Shown here: in pieces, positions 34,277 through 44,272 of the stretch
Layout of the letters: each line of letters opens with the position of its first letter
Numbering within the stretch: position 1 is the first letter of the stretch
From: an uncultured Alphaproteobacteria bacterium
GTDB lineage: Bacteria; Pseudomonadota; Alphaproteobacteria; RF32; CAG-239
Length of the DNA stretch: 64,000 nt
Direction of reading: 5' to 3'
Assembly (NCBI GenBank): GCA_944392205.1
Contig: CALXVV010000002.1
Span: 101,025-165,024 of the forward strand
Program-made: the position numbers and the translations under genes
Notes under the pieces: generated by a model
What the model was told of the DNA's origin: nothing
Databases searched by the model: none
The model's input: only the letters and a program-made list of their open reading frames with translations

Positions 34277-34840
34277 CTACATTGCCTTCTTCACGGCCTC
34301 GATGATGTTGTCGAGGACCTCGGCAACAGTCGTTTCATCTGTAATCCACGAGAGATAGCGGCCTTCGCGACAGTAGTCAACTCGGTTGTCAGGGCCGAAG
34401 AAGCTGTCGACTTTTCGATGGATGGCGACAATCGGTCCGTTCCAGTCTCCAGGAATTTCCGTGTCTGAAAGCTCCATGACCTTCTTCTGTTCGATTTCCG
34501 CGGGCGAGGTGCCGGTGAGCTTGGCGTATTTCTCTTTGAGAAGCTCGCGCAGGCGGTCCTCATTGAGGCCTTTGCTTTCCGGATGCTTCAGAATGCCGGC
34601 GTAGTAGAGATCCAGCTGGCAGATGGTTACCTCGGGGGCAATGTCTTCCAGCATCGGGGCCGAAGAGATCTTTTCTATCCTCGTCCATGCCGCTTGGAAG
34701 GGCTCTTGGTAGCGCTTGGCAACTTTCTCTGCTGTCATCTTCATTGCTTCATTTCTGAGAATGAGAGGCACACCGGATTTCTTAATTCCTTCCAACAAGA
34801 AGGTAGCAAATTGCCCGGGTTTGGAAAAAGACGTTTTCAT
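34277..34840 (-). CDS. hypothetical protein (187 aa) with atypical GC3-rich codon usage
   Basis: ORF track entry. Codons are dominated by CTC/CTG, GCC, GGC, AAG, GAG, ATC, GAC and TAC, unlike neighbouring genes (TTG, GCT, AAA, GAA, ATT, GAT). No family recognised. Confidence 0.6.
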   Translation of the reverse strand: MKTSFSKPGQFATFLLEGIKKSGVPLILRNEAMKMTAEKVAKRYQEPFQAAWTRIEKISSAPMLEDIAPEVTICQLDLYYAGILKHPESKGLNEDRLRELLKEKYAKLTGTSPAEIEQKKVMELSDTEIPGDWNGPIVAIHRKVDSFFGPDNRVDYCREGRYLSWITDETTVAEVLDNIIEAVKKAM

Positions 34841-34881
34841 AATTGTAAGGGTTTTATTTGTTAGACATAAGGGTTTCTTAA

Positions 34882-34908
34882 TTATAGCTGTGTTTATTGT
34901 AGCTATAA
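34882..34908. promoter_or_regulatory. inverted repeat upstream of the 187-aa ORF
   Basis: ttatagct (34882-34889), 11 nt, agctataa (34901-34908). Confidence 0.3.
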
Positions 34909-34947
34909 CAGATTTAGAGAAAAATGCAAGTTTTTTGTCAAAAAAAG

Positions 34948-35799
34948 TTACAGGTGGTCGCTTAGCGCTAAAAATTGTTGCGGTGAAAGCTCCTCTGGGC
35001 GCGATGTCAGTGCTATGTCTTTCGCCTCACAAGCGGCCTCAAGCCCATGTAAGGATTTAAGGCTCTGGCGAATCATCTTACGCCGTTGACTAAAGGCTTG
35101 TGCGGTTAATTTTTCAAGCTTATTAATTTGCTCTTGCGACAAAGTTTTTTCTTGCGGCTGAAAAAGCAGAACACTTGACCAAACCTTTGGGGCGGGAACA
35201 AAACACTCCGGGCTTAGGTCAAACAATCTGGTTATGCGGCATTGTAGTTGTGCCAAAATCGATATGCGGCCGTAGTCTTTGCATCTTGTTGGTGCTAAAA
35301 TGCGGTCGGCAACCTCCTTTTGAAACATCAAGGTTAGGCTTTTATAATCTTTTATCTTCTCTAGCCATTTTACCAACAAGGGCACCGAGATATTATAGGG
35401 GAGGTTAGAAACAATATGAACATCCTCTCTACTTTCTTTGGCAAAGTCATATTGCAAGGCATCGCCGTTTTTGATTTGCATTATATTGCCGGTTTTGGAC
35501 TTTAGCTCTTCCATAATACTGATGCAGCGGGGGTCCATCTCTATCACTGTCAGCTTTTTCGGCTCCGCTTTTAGCACTGCTCTGGTTAATCCGCCGGGGC
35601 CGGGGCCAACCTCAAAAACCGAGGCCCCCTTAAAATTTTCCAATCCCTGATTGCTTAAAGATAAGCGGATGATTTTGTCGGTAATGTCTTGGTTGAGCAA
35701 AAAATTTTGCCCCAAAGCTTTTTCGGCCATCAACCGATGCGCCTCAACCGTGGTCTTAAGCGAGGGCAGAGAATCGATAATTGCTCTTAAATCCGCCAT
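34948..35799 (-). CDS. rsmA: 16S rRNA (adenine1518/1519-N6)-dimethyltransferase
   Basis: LGQNFLLNQ, VFEVGPGPGGLT, SNLPYNIS. Confidence 0.9.
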   Translation of the reverse strand: MADLRAIIDSLPSLKTTVEAHRLMAEKALGQNFLLNQDITDKIIRLSLSNQGLENFKGASVFEVGPGPGGLTRAVLKAEPKKLTVIEMDPRCISIMEELKSKTGNIMQIKNGDALQYDFAKESREDVHIVSNLPYNISVPLLVKWLEKIKDYKSLTLMFQKEVADRILAPTRCKDYGRISILAQLQCRITRLFDLSPECFVPAPKVWSSVLLFQPQEKTLSQEQINKLEKLTAQAFSQRRKMIRQSLKSLHGLEAACEAKDIALTSRPEELSPQQFLALSDHL

Positions 35800-35800
35800 C

Positions 35801-36715
35801 TTAACTCCTGATTTCTATAACTGCTTTTTGGCGTAAATCCTGCAGAAGCTTCTTCGATAAAAGCTCCATTTTCTGATTTTCCAGAATAGTTTGAATTTGT
35901 TTCTCGCTCGGAATCTCAGGCTTGTCTTTTTGGGGGTCAAAGACTCTTTCCAGGCGCAAAATATAATACCCGTCACCCAGCAAAATGGGGTCGCTGATCT
36001 CGCCTTCTTTCATCCTTCTCAAGTTTGTCTCCAAAACAGAGGCTAATTTGCCGGTGTTGACCCAGCCCAAATTGCCGCCGTTTGCCGCACTCGGACTTTC
36101 TGAAAACTGCAAGGCATATAGCTCAAAACGGTTGTCATTGCGCAGGTTTTCAACCAATTGGCCAATATTTTGCGCATGCTCTTTTTTGATGAATATCTCT
36201 GAAACCATGAATTTTTCGGTGTTTAGGTCTTTTTTGGCCTCATTCATCATGGCATTAATTTCTTTTTGAGTCGGTGTGCCCTCAGCGTAGTATTTTTGAC
36301 GAATGACTCTTAGCCATGCCAAATCTGATCTCATCTGCTCTTGCATGGTTTGAAGGCTGACATTAGAGGCTTTTAGGATATTAGCCAGTTGTCCGCTCGG
36401 GATATTGTTTGTTTTTTCAAATTGTTTCATCTGGGCGGCAACTTCTTCATCCGTGATTTTGATTCCGACCCTGGCGGCTTCTTGCAACTTTAGTTTTTCA
36501 TCTACCGCATTGTTTAGCACTCTTTGCATAATCATTCCCCGAGTTTGGGCATTAACAGGGATTTTGGTGCTCATGACAAAGGCATTAACTCTGTTCTCCA
36601 AATCTTCATTAGAGATAATCTCTCCGTTGACAAGGGCAACAATTTTCAAATCTGCCGCCTGGGCTCCAAAGTTCAAGAAAACCAACATTGCTAAACTCAG
36701 CAGAAGTTTTTTCAT
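35801..36715 (-). CDS. surA: SurA-like periplasmic chaperone / peptidyl-prolyl isomerase
   Basis: Signal peptide, SurA_N-like region, and parvulin block FSESPSAANGGNLGWV. Conserved lptD-surA-rsmA order. Confidence 0.8.
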   Translation of the reverse strand: MKKLLLSLAMLVFLNFGAQAADLKIVALVNGEIISNEDLENRVNAFVMSTKIPVNAQTRGMIMQRVLNNAVDEKLKLQEAARVGIKITDEEVAAQMKQFEKTNNIPSGQLANILKASNVSLQTMQEQMRSDLAWLRVIRQKYYAEGTPTQKEINAMMNEAKKDLNTEKFMVSEIFIKKEHAQNIGQLVENLRNDNRFELYALQFSESPSAANGGNLGWVNTGKLASVLETNLRRMKEGEISDPILLGDGYYILRLERVFDPQKDKPEIPSEKQIQTILENQKMELLSKKLLQDLRQKAVIEIRS

Positions 36716-36732
36716 ATCTTTTCCTTTCTGTT

Positions 36733-38976
36733 TTATTTGGTGCCGACACCGCCCAATGTTTTGAGGAAGAAGGTGGCGCCAAAAGTGAAGTCTCCTTCAT
36801 AATTTGGATCATTAGAATTGTCTTTTTCTACGTTAAAGATAACTTTGGTGCACTCATCTTCATAGCTTAAGAAAGCACCCATCTCAAGAGAGCCACTGTT
36901 TTGCGCCATGTTTTGGCGGTTGTACAAGCTGATGGACCAGTTCTTGGTTAGCATTGCTCGCAGAGAGGTGTAAAGCTCTTTTCTTTCGGCATTCCTGATG
37001 GAAGATGTTTCATTTGCCTGGAAGTAAATATAAGATACATACATTCGCAAAATTTTGGGGCCAAAACTTGAGGCTAACTCACTGTATGTGACCGAATAGT
37101 CATCTTTATCCAGTTTGAATCGGTAGTTGAAATCTAAATATTCGTTCGGGGAGGCATAAATACGGCCGACATAGTCTGTGAAGGAACCACTTTGGCCATC
37201 GGCGTCTGCGAAACTTTCATTCTTGCTGAACTCATAACTTTGGGCCAAAAGGGCTGATGTGCGGCCTAAAATATTGCCATAAGAACTCCAGTTGACACCG
37301 TAGCTGATGCGGCTGCCGGTATCATTGCGGTCATAGCCTGAGTAACGGTCAAGATTTAAGATGTTGGTATCGTTTAATTCCACATCTTGGCTATCTTCAT
37401 TGGGAATTTTATCTGCCTCATTGCTTTGGTTGGGAGCTATTGCTGCAACAATTATCGGTTCAATAATCTGTCTGGAATCTTCAGTTGCTCTGATGAATGG
37501 CAGTCTCCACTCCAAACCAACCTGCGGAAATATTCTTGCTACCGTTCCGTCGTAAATTTCATTCTCAGAATTAAGGTAGTTGTCAACATAATATAAATCT
37601 GATTTTAAGGAGGCAACTAACTTATATTTCTCACCATATGGGCTGGTGTAGGGCAGGTTCCAAGAATTAATCATGGTGGCGCGTTGGCTGGAATTGTCGT
37701 CTTCGTGATAAACAGAGGCCATGCTGAAACTGTTTTTGTTATAGGCTCCATAGCGGTTGGGGTCGCTGATATTTTCATAGCTGAATGTTGGTAACACCAT
37801 TGGGCGATTGGCATAGCGCAAATCATAACTCAAAATCTTATAATAATATGCCTCAAGAGCTGCATAGTTGCGGTTGTCAAACCCTTGCAAGCTGGCGCGG
37901 CTGGTGAGCCAAGTATCATCTTTTTTAGGCAAAGATAAATCTTTTAGATAGGCGTTATCGGAGGCATAGTTGATGTCGGTGTCGGCAACCCAATAATCAT
38001 TCACCTCATAGCGGCCATAGGCAAATAAGTTGCCGCGATCTTTGGAGGTGTCGGGGTCTCTTAAGAAGCTTCCGCTGGCGGAAACATGACCACGGGTAAA
38101 ATATTTGTTGTAGGCGCCGCTGTAGACAAGGCCCTTGTCACTACTTATAATAGGATTAAACAAAATGTCTTCCTGGTCTGAAATGCTCCAAAAATACTGT
38201 CCCTGAAAAGCTCCCCCCAAATATTTATTGCTCATGATTCTCGGGAACAAGAAGCCGGAACGTCTTTTGACCGTGGGGTCCGGATGGGATAAAAACGGCG
38301 TGTAAAATACCGGGACACCTTTTACTTCAACAAAAGCATTTTGGTAGTGAACATCTTTGGTTTCGGCATTGTGCTCAACTTTGCGAGCTTTAATTTGCCA
38401 TAAGGGGTCTTCCTCGCGGCAGGCATCACAAGGAGAATAGACCGCATTGGTCATTATCTTTTTGTCTTTGTCTCCACGGCGGAAAGTGCTGGCAGCAACT
38501 CTGGTCTTGTCAGCCATGATCATCTTGATGTTTTTCATCTCTCCTTTGGTCATGCGATCTGTTAATTCCGCATAGTCAGAGAAAACAACATTGCCGGTGT
38601 CTTCCAAAATAACCACATCGCCAACCGCTGTTACGGTATCTTCTTTTTGGTTATAAATAATCTTGTCTGCTTTAACCGTATAGTTGTCACGGATAATTTC
38701 AACATTGCCGGTGGCTGTGATGAGGCTTAGTTCTTGATTGTTCTCAACTTCATCGGCACTAAAGTAAATTTCAGGGTTTTCTTTGTCTGTTGGTGGTTTG
38801 GGCGTGAATACATCCGTGATGTTTACCGCCGGAGAAATCTTTGGCTTTTTTACGCCGGTTGTTTTATCTATGGCACTTTGGGTATCTGGGGTAACAATAC
38901 TATCAGCCTTGGCTCGCGAGGCAAACAGCACCATCAACAACGATATAAAACCAAAAAACGGGAGGTGCTTAGTCAT
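36733..38976 (-). CDS. lptD: LPS-assembly outer-membrane protein LptD
   Basis: Signal peptide MTKHLPFFGFISLLMVLFASRAKA, an OstA_N-like region, and a large beta-barrel. Start chosen at 38976 (8-nt overlap ATGACTAA with the upstream gene). ORF track extends to 39054. Confidence 0.9.
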   Translation of the reverse strand: MTKHLPFFGFISLLMVLFASRAKADSIVTPDTQSAIDKTTGVKKPKISPAVNITDVFTPKPPTDKENPEIYFSADEVENNQELSLITATGNVEIIRDNYTVKADKIIYNQKEDTVTAVGDVVILEDTGNVVFSDYAELTDRMTKGEMKNIKMIMADKTRVAASTFRRGDKDKKIMTNAVYSPCDACREEDPLWQIKARKVEHNAETKDVHYQNAFVEVKGVPVFYTPFLSHPDPTVKRRSGFLFPRIMSNKYLGGAFQGQYFWSISDQEDILFNPIISSDKGLVYSGAYNKYFTRGHVSASGSFLRDPDTSKDRGNLFAYGRYEVNDYWVADTDINYASDNAYLKDLSLPKKDDTWLTSRASLQGFDNRNYAALEAYYYKILSYDLRYANRPMVLPTFSYENISDPNRYGAYNKNSFSMASVYHEDDNSSQRATMINSWNLPYTSPYGEKYKLVASLKSDLYYVDNYLNSENEIYDGTVARIFPQVGLEWRLPFIRATEDSRQIIEPIIVAAIAPNQSNEADKIPNEDSQDVELNDTNILNLDRYSGYDRNDTGSRISYGVNWSSYGNILGRTSALLAQSYEFSKNESFADADGQSGSFTDYVGRIYASPNEYLDFNYRFKLDKDDYSVTYSELASSFGPKILRMYVSYIYFQANETSSIRNAERKELYTSLRAMLTKNWSISLYNRQNMAQNSGSLEMGAFLSYEDECTKVIFNVEKDNSNDPNYEGDFTFGATFFLKTLGGVGTK

Positions 38977-40096
38977 TTGCGGCTCCCGAAAACTTCTTTT
39001 GGCGTTGGAATAAAAAGGGTTTGTAGCAAAACAGCAAATACAAACAAAAAACAAAAGGCAAGAGCAAATTCAGATACAAAACAATCAGCCACCAGAGGTG
39101 TCTAACCGCAAGGTTGCCGATGGCCAAATCTAAGGCTTGAATAATGACCATGGCGCCAACCGAGATTGAAACAATTTTTAGCTGTCCGCGGCGATTGAAA
39201 TTACCAATCAGCAACCCGGTGCAGGCAATTAGGCCGTAAATAACATTGAGCAAGGGGGTGGTGAAACGCTTGTTGCCTTCTACAATCCAACGGCGAACTT
39301 CTTTAGGCTCCAGGTCTGGATTAGTGGCGGCCGAAAATAATTCTCCTAAGGTTTTCTCTCTTACGCCGGCTTCTTTTCTGGCTTTGGTTTCTTTGGCACC
39401 AAAATCTACCGAATAACGGTCAAAAATGATGGAACTGAATTGGTTGTTTTGTTTGTTTATTTCTTGGCGGCTGCCGTTAACCAAGATAATTCGCGGCCCT
39501 TTGGGGGTTTGAACTATCCGCCCGCGTTCGGCAGAAACTGTAGATTTGGTCTTGGGGTTTCTTTCGTCATTAATCAAAATACCGCTTACGGAGCCATCAG
39601 GCTCGTGAGTGGTAATGAAAACGGTCAGGTTGTCTTGCAGGGTGGTAAATTCACCTTCTCTGAACATGAGGTGCGAAACATCATTCTTTACTTGCCACTG
39701 AAGGTCATTAAAGCGATTTTCTGCCATCGGAATACCAAAGTTCATAATCCACATATTTAACAGCGCCAAGATAAGCCCCATAAAGATGGCTGGTTTGGCG
39801 TTTTCCCACGGGCTGATGCCGGCTGCCTTCATGACGACCAACTCTCTATCTGAGAGCATGCGGTTATATACAAACAAAACTGCCGCAAACAATGATATTG
39901 GGGATAAAATTGTGAATATTCTTGGCATGAGCAGGGATGTCATCTCGGCAAAAAGTCCAACCGAGATGCCTTTGTTGGTTATTAAATCCACAAATCTCAA
40001 TGATTGTGTCAGCCAGATGATTGACATCAAAGAGAAGGAAACCAGCAGAAAACCTACTAAAATTTGCTTTATTATATAAAGGTTCAGTTTTTTCAT
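38969..40096 (-). CDS. LPS export ABC transporter permease, LptF/LptG family
   Basis: YjgP/YjgQ pattern: LNLYIIKQILVGF and six helices with a periplasmic insert. Start chosen at 40096 (MKKLNLY). ORF track extends to 40144. Confidence 0.85.
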   Translation of the reverse strand: MKKLNLYIIKQILVGFLLVSFSLMSIIWLTQSLRFVDLITNKGISVGLFAEMTSLLMPRIFTILSPISLFAAVLFVYNRMLSDRELVVMKAAGISPWENAKPAIFMGLILALLNMWIMNFGIPMAENRFNDLQWQVKNDVSHLMFREGEFTTLQDNLTVFITTHEPDGSVSGILINDERNPKTKSTVSAERGRIVQTPKGPRIILVNGSRQEINKQNNQFSSIIFDRYSVDFGAKETKARKEAGVREKTLGELFSAATNPDLEPKEVRRWIVEGNKRFTTPLLNVIYGLIACTGLLIGNFNRRGQLKIVSISVGAMVIIQALDLAIGNLAVRHLWWLIVLYLNLLLPFVFCLYLLFCYKPFLFQRQKKFSGAAND

Positions 40097-40147
40097 GATG
40101 CCGATTATAATCAAATTATCGGATTTAGAAACAAATTTTTTCATATA

Positions 40148-40164
40148 TTACATAAAATATGTAA
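40148..40164. promoter_or_regulatory. 17-bp palindrome in the lptF/G - hydrogenase divergent region
   Basis: ttacat-aaaat-atgtaa. It uses the same hexamer as the half-sites of the 9515-9532 palindrome, in the opposite arrangement. Confidence 0.25.
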
Positions 40165-40282
40165 ATTTTTTATATACATTCCGCTTTTTGGCAAAAATTG
40201 GGGGCCGCTTAAATAAGTTCTTGAATGGTGAAAATTTTGCCGATAAGATATTCCCATAACAATAAACATAAAGGAGATTTTA

Positions 40283-40762
40283 ATGGACGCAGGTTCTTTG
40301 GGCTCTACTGTTGCTGCCAAATGGCGCAAAAAGAGAGGCTCTTTAATTATGGCTTTGCACGAAATCCAGGGTGTTAAAGGGTTCGTGCCATGGGAAGATG
40401 CTGTTGATTTGGCCGAAGGCATGGGAGTGCCGCTGGCCAGAATTTATGAGGTTTTGACTTTTTATAACTTCTTTAAGCTGGATGCTCCCGGCAAGGCCGT
40501 GATCTCCGTTTGTACGGGAACGGCTTGCTACCTCAAAGGAAATGACAAAGTTTTAGAAGAGTTTAAAAAAGAGCTCGGAATCGGCGAAGGCGAAAGTACG
40601 GCCGATAAAATGTTTCATCTACAGAGTGTGCGTTGTGTCGGTTGTTGCGGATTGGCTCCGGTTTGTGTCGTCAACGGCAAAACTTATGGCCGTGTCTCTC
40701 CCAATGATGTGCGCAACATCTTGGATGAATGGCGTAAAAAACTTAGCGAGGAAGAGGAGTAA
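40283..40762 (+). CDS. hydC: NuoE/HydC/HndA-like [2Fe-2S] thioredoxin-fold subunit of an NAD(P)-linked [FeFe]-hydrogenase
   Basis: AAGGAG 6 nt upstream. LHEIQ....IYEVLTFYNFF, CTGTACYLKG and CVGCCGLAP cysteine motifs. Confidence 0.85.
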   Translation: MDAGSLGSTVAAKWRKKRGSLIMALHEIQGVKGFVPWEDAVDLAEGMGVPLARIYEVLTFYNFFKLDAPGKAVISVCTGTACYLKGNDKVLEEFKKELGIGEGESTADKMFHLQSVRCVGCCGLAPVCVVNGKTYGRVSPNDVRNILDEWRKKLSEEEE

Positions 40763-40767
40763 GCACT

Positions 40768-42462
40768 ATGGCCGAAATGGATTTGGATAAGAGATTTGAT
40801 ATTCATGAAATCGCTAAGAACAAAAATGCCGAACTCGAGAGATTTCGTTGCAGCGTCTATTGCTGTCACTCCACGGGGTGTAAGTCTTCCGGCAGTGATG
40901 ATATTATAGATTTGCTTAAAACCGCCGTGGTAGAACACGGGCTTGAGGACCAGGTCAGAATTGTGGCCACGGGGTGTATGGGACTTTGCGCTCAGGGGCC
41001 GCTTATCAGAGTTGAAATTAAGGGGCAGAAAGATGTCCTCTATAAACGAATCGAGCCATTGATTGCGCGCTTGATTGTGACGGAGCATATTGTTCCGGCC
41101 TTGAAGCTTCCACAGGGGCAGGATTTTGAGGTGCCGCCTTTCTTGCAAGAACATATCCTTTCTTTGGAGCTACCCTTCTTTACCAAGCAGGAAAAAGTGG
41201 TGCTCAAAGATGCCGGACATATGGATCCCGAAGATATTCAGGAATATATTGCCCGCGGCGGCTATTTGGCTCTTGAAAAAGTTTTGAAAAATATGACGCC
41301 GGCCGAGGTGATTGATGAAATCAAACGCTCCGGTTTGCGCGGCCGCGGTGGTGGCGGATTCTCTACCGGTATGAAGTGGGAGTTTGCCTCCAAAGTACCT
41401 ACGGTGGATGAAAAATTTATTATCTGCAACGGCGATGAAGGCGACCCGGGTGCCTATATGGACCGCTCTATTTTAGAGGGTGATCCGCATTCGGTGATTG
41501 AAGGTATGATGATTGCCGCTTATGCCATCGGTGCCACACAGGGTTGGTTCTATGTCAGAGCCGAATATCCCTTGGCAGTGGAGCGTTTGGATAAGGCCAT
41601 CAAGGCTTGTAAAAAGAATCGCCTGCTCGGTAACAATATTATGGGAACGGATTTCTCCTTTAATATTGAAGTTCGCCTCGGTGCCGGTGCTTTTGTTTGC
41701 GGTGAGGAAACCGCTCTTATCCACTCCATTGAGGGCAAGAGAGGAACGCCAAGGCCTCGTCCGCCTTACCCGACTAATAAAGGTTTGTGGGATAAGCCTT
41801 CCTGCGTTAATAACGTGGAGACCTTGGGCAATGTGCCTAAGATTATTTTGAAAGGTGCGGATTGGTTCTCCTCTTTTGGAACCGAGACATCTAAGGGAAC
41901 AAAGGTTTTTGCTCTGACCGGGCAAGTTGAACACTCCGGTTTGATTGAAGTGCCGATGGGAACAACCATCAACGAGATTGTTAATGAAATCGGCGGCGGT
42001 GTGCCAAACGGCAAAAAACTTAAGGCCGTGCAAACCGGCGGCCCTTCCGGCGGCGTAATCCCTGCAGAAAAAATGGATTTGCCGGTTTGTTATGAAGAGC
42101 TCAAAAAAATCGGCTCCATCATGGGATCCGGTGGTATGATTGTAATGGATGATTCATCTAATATGGTCAATATTGCCAATTTCTACCTTGATTTTACGGT
42201 TGATGAATCTTGCGGAAAGTGTGCTCCTTGCCGTATCGGCGGAAAACAAATGTTGTTGCTGCTTGAGAAAATCAACAAAGGTAAGGGTACAAAGCAAGAC
42301 TTGGCAGATCTAAAACGAATCGCTACCGCTATGCAAAAGGCTTCTCTTTGCGGGTTGGGGCAAACAGCGCCGAACCCGGTACTCTCTACTCTTAGATTCT
42401 TTGAGAATGAGTATCTGGAAAAACTTGTTGATGCTAAACCTGCTGCCGCGGAGGAGAAATAG
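40768..42462 (+). CDS. hydB: NuoF/HydB/HndC-like flavoprotein subunit (NAD(P)H, FMN, Fe-S)
   Basis: N-terminal thioredoxin-like 2Fe-2S domain (ATGCMGLCAQGP), GLRGRGGGGFSTGMKW, ICNGDEGDPGA, ESCGKCAPCR, SLCGLGQTAPNP. Confidence 0.9.
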   Translation: MAEMDLDKRFDIHEIAKNKNAELERFRCSVYCCHSTGCKSSGSDDIIDLLKTAVVEHGLEDQVRIVATGCMGLCAQGPLIRVEIKGQKDVLYKRIEPLIARLIVTEHIVPALKLPQGQDFEVPPFLQEHILSLELPFFTKQEKVVLKDAGHMDPEDIQEYIARGGYLALEKVLKNMTPAEVIDEIKRSGLRGRGGGGFSTGMKWEFASKVPTVDEKFIICNGDEGDPGAYMDRSILEGDPHSVIEGMMIAAYAIGATQGWFYVRAEYPLAVERLDKAIKACKKNRLLGNNIMGTDFSFNIEVRLGAGAFVCGEETALIHSIEGKRGTPRPRPPYPTNKGLWDKPSCVNNVETLGNVPKIILKGADWFSSFGTETSKGTKVFALTGQVEHSGLIEVPMGTTINEIVNEIGGGVPNGKKLKAVQTGGPSGGVIPAEKMDLPVCYEELKKIGSIMGSGGMIVMDDSSNMVNIANFYLDFTVDESCGKCAPCRIGGKQMLLLLEKINKGKGTKQDLADLKRIATAMQKASLCGLGQTAPNPVLSTLRFFENEYLEKLVDAKPAAAEEK

Positions 42463-42464
42463 TC

Positions 42465-44237
42465 ATGGTAAAGTTAAAGATTGATAATTTTGATGTTGAA
42501 GTGCCGGCAGGAACCTCTATCTTGGAGGCAGCACGTCAGGCGCATATTGATATTCCAACCTTGTGCAAACATCCGGATGTTGACCCTTCGGCCGGTTGCG
42601 GTATTTGTATCGTGAAAGTGGGCGGACGGATTATGCGCTCTTGTTGCACGCCGGTGGCAGAAGGAATGGAAGTCATTACCGGCGATGCCGAGATTGTTGA
42701 CGTGCGTCGCACGGTATTGGAGCTGATTTTGAGCAACCATCCCAACGAGTGTCTGACTTGTATTCGCTCCGGGCATTGCGAGCTCCAGGATATGGCCAAT
42801 ACTTTCGGAATTGCGCATTCCAATCTTCCAAGCCTAAACAAAAAATATGAAAAAGATGACTCAACCAAGGCAATTGTTTTGGATCCGTCTAAATGCATTA
42901 TCTGCGGGCGTTGTGTCGAGGTTTGTCAAAACCAGCAAAATGTTTGGGCTTTAAGTTACTTAAACAGAGGATTGGCAACCAGAATTACTGCAGCAGGCGG
43001 TATTCCCTTGGCTGAAAGTCCGTGTATCAAGTGCGGTCAATGTTCGGCTCACTGTCCGACAGGTGCCATTGTTGAGTATGATGAAACTCAAAAAGTTTGG
43101 GAAATGTTGCGTGACCCCGAGATTGTCACCATCGTGCAAATTGCTCCGGCCGTGCGTGTGGCTATCGGTGAGGAGTTTGGCTATGATTTTGGTGAGAACT
43201 TGACCGGAAAAACCTATGCTGCTTTGCGTAGACTTGGGTTTAACAAGGTGTTTGATACTAACTTCGGTGCAGATTTGACAATCATTGAAGAAGCCAATGA
43301 GTTTGTTCATCGCTTTACGGAAAATCCGCAAAGTTTGCCGATGTTTACTTCTTGTTGTCCGGCATGGGTTGATATGTTGGAAAAATATCATCATGATATG
43401 ATTGATCATTTTTCTACCTGCAAATCTCCGCAATCTATGGTGGGAGCTTTGGCTAAGACTTATTATGCTGAAAAAATGGCGATTAATCCTGCCAAAATCA
43501 GGGTTATCTCGATTATGCCCTGCACGGCTAAAAAATGGGAGATTACCCGCAGCAAGGACATGAGTAGCTCCGGATTCCAAGATGTGGATGTGTCTTTGAC
43601 GACCAGAGAGCTGTGCCGCATGATTAAACAAGCCGGTATTGATTTCCGCAGCCTGCCGGAAGAAGAGGCCGACAGCCCGCTTGGTGAGTATTCCGGTGCC
43701 GGAACCATCTTCGGCGTGACCGGTGGTGTTATGACCGCAGCCTTGCGTACGGCCTATTTCTATATTACCGGTGAAGAACTCGGTGATGTAAACTTTAAGG
43801 CTCTTGAAGGGCTTGATGGTGTGAAAGAGGCCGAGGTCGACATCAAGGGAACCAAAGTGAAGATTGCCGTGGCTCATGGTTGTGGAAATATCGAAATTAT
43901 CTTGGATAGGATTAGAGAGGCCAAGGCCAATGGCGAGGAAATGCCTTATCATTTTGTTGAGGTTATGGCTTGCCGCGGCGGTTGTATATCAGGTGGCGGA
44001 CAGCCCAGAGTTATGATGCCCGGACAGCCAAAACCGCGCGGTATTACCGATGATATTCGTAAAAAACGCGCCAAGGGGTTGATGAATGAGGATTTGAAAG
44101 CAAAGAATCGGCTTTCTCATCATAATGAATCAATCAAAACTTTGTATAAAGAATATTTGGGTGAGGCCGGTTCTCACAGAGCTCATGAGTTGTTGCATAC
44201 TCATTATGTGGCTCGGGATAAGTATAACAAAAAGTAG
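42465..44237 (+). CDS. hydA: [FeFe]-hydrogenase catalytic subunit (M3-type, H-cluster)
   Basis: N-terminal 2Fe-2S ferredoxin domain, HPNECLTCIRSGHCELQ, and two CxxCxxCxxxCP motifs. H-cluster motifs TSCCPAW, MPCTAKKWE and EVMACRGGCISGGGQP. Confidence 0.9.
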   Translation: MVKLKIDNFDVEVPAGTSILEAARQAHIDIPTLCKHPDVDPSAGCGICIVKVGGRIMRSCCTPVAEGMEVITGDAEIVDVRRTVLELILSNHPNECLTCIRSGHCELQDMANTFGIAHSNLPSLNKKYEKDDSTKAIVLDPSKCIICGRCVEVCQNQQNVWALSYLNRGLATRITAAGGIPLAESPCIKCGQCSAHCPTGAIVEYDETQKVWEMLRDPEIVTIVQIAPAVRVAIGEEFGYDFGENLTGKTYAALRRLGFNKVFDTNFGADLTIIEEANEFVHRFTENPQSLPMFTSCCPAWVDMLEKYHHDMIDHFSTCKSPQSMVGALAKTYYAEKMAINPAKIRVISIMPCTAKKWEITRSKDMSSSGFQDVDVSLTTRELCRMIKQAGIDFRSLPEEEADSPLGEYSGAGTIFGVTGGVMTAALRTAYFYITGEELGDVNFKALEGLDGVKEAEVDIKGTKVKIAVAHGCGNIEIILDRIREAKANGEEMPYHFVEVMACRGGCISGGGQPRVMMPGQPKPRGITDDIRKKRAKGLMNEDLKAKNRLSHHNESIKTLYKEYLGEAGSHRAHELLHTHYVARDKYNKK

Positions 44238-44272
44238 TAAAAACTCGGCTGGAGGTTTTCTTGCCCGATAAT

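Noticed and set aside
38977-39054. N-terminal extension of lptD (MFFVCICCFATNPFYSNAKRSFREPQ)
   Set aside because: It lies inside the lptF/G coding region. The internal ATG at 38976 starts a canonical signal peptide.
40148-40164. FNR/CRP-type anaerobic regulator box (TTGAT-N4-ATCAA) upstream of the hydrogenase operon
   Set aside because: There is no match to that consensus in 40145-40282. The only symmetric element is the AT-rich ttacat-N5-atgtaa palindrome, which could easily arise by chance in AT-rich spacer DNA. I kept it only as a low-confidence feature.
42960-43952. 330-aa minus-strand ORF inside hydA
   Set aside because: It is antisense to a CDS containing all the H-cluster motifs. Its composition (His/Arg/Gly/Thr-rich, no domains) indicates a shadow frame.
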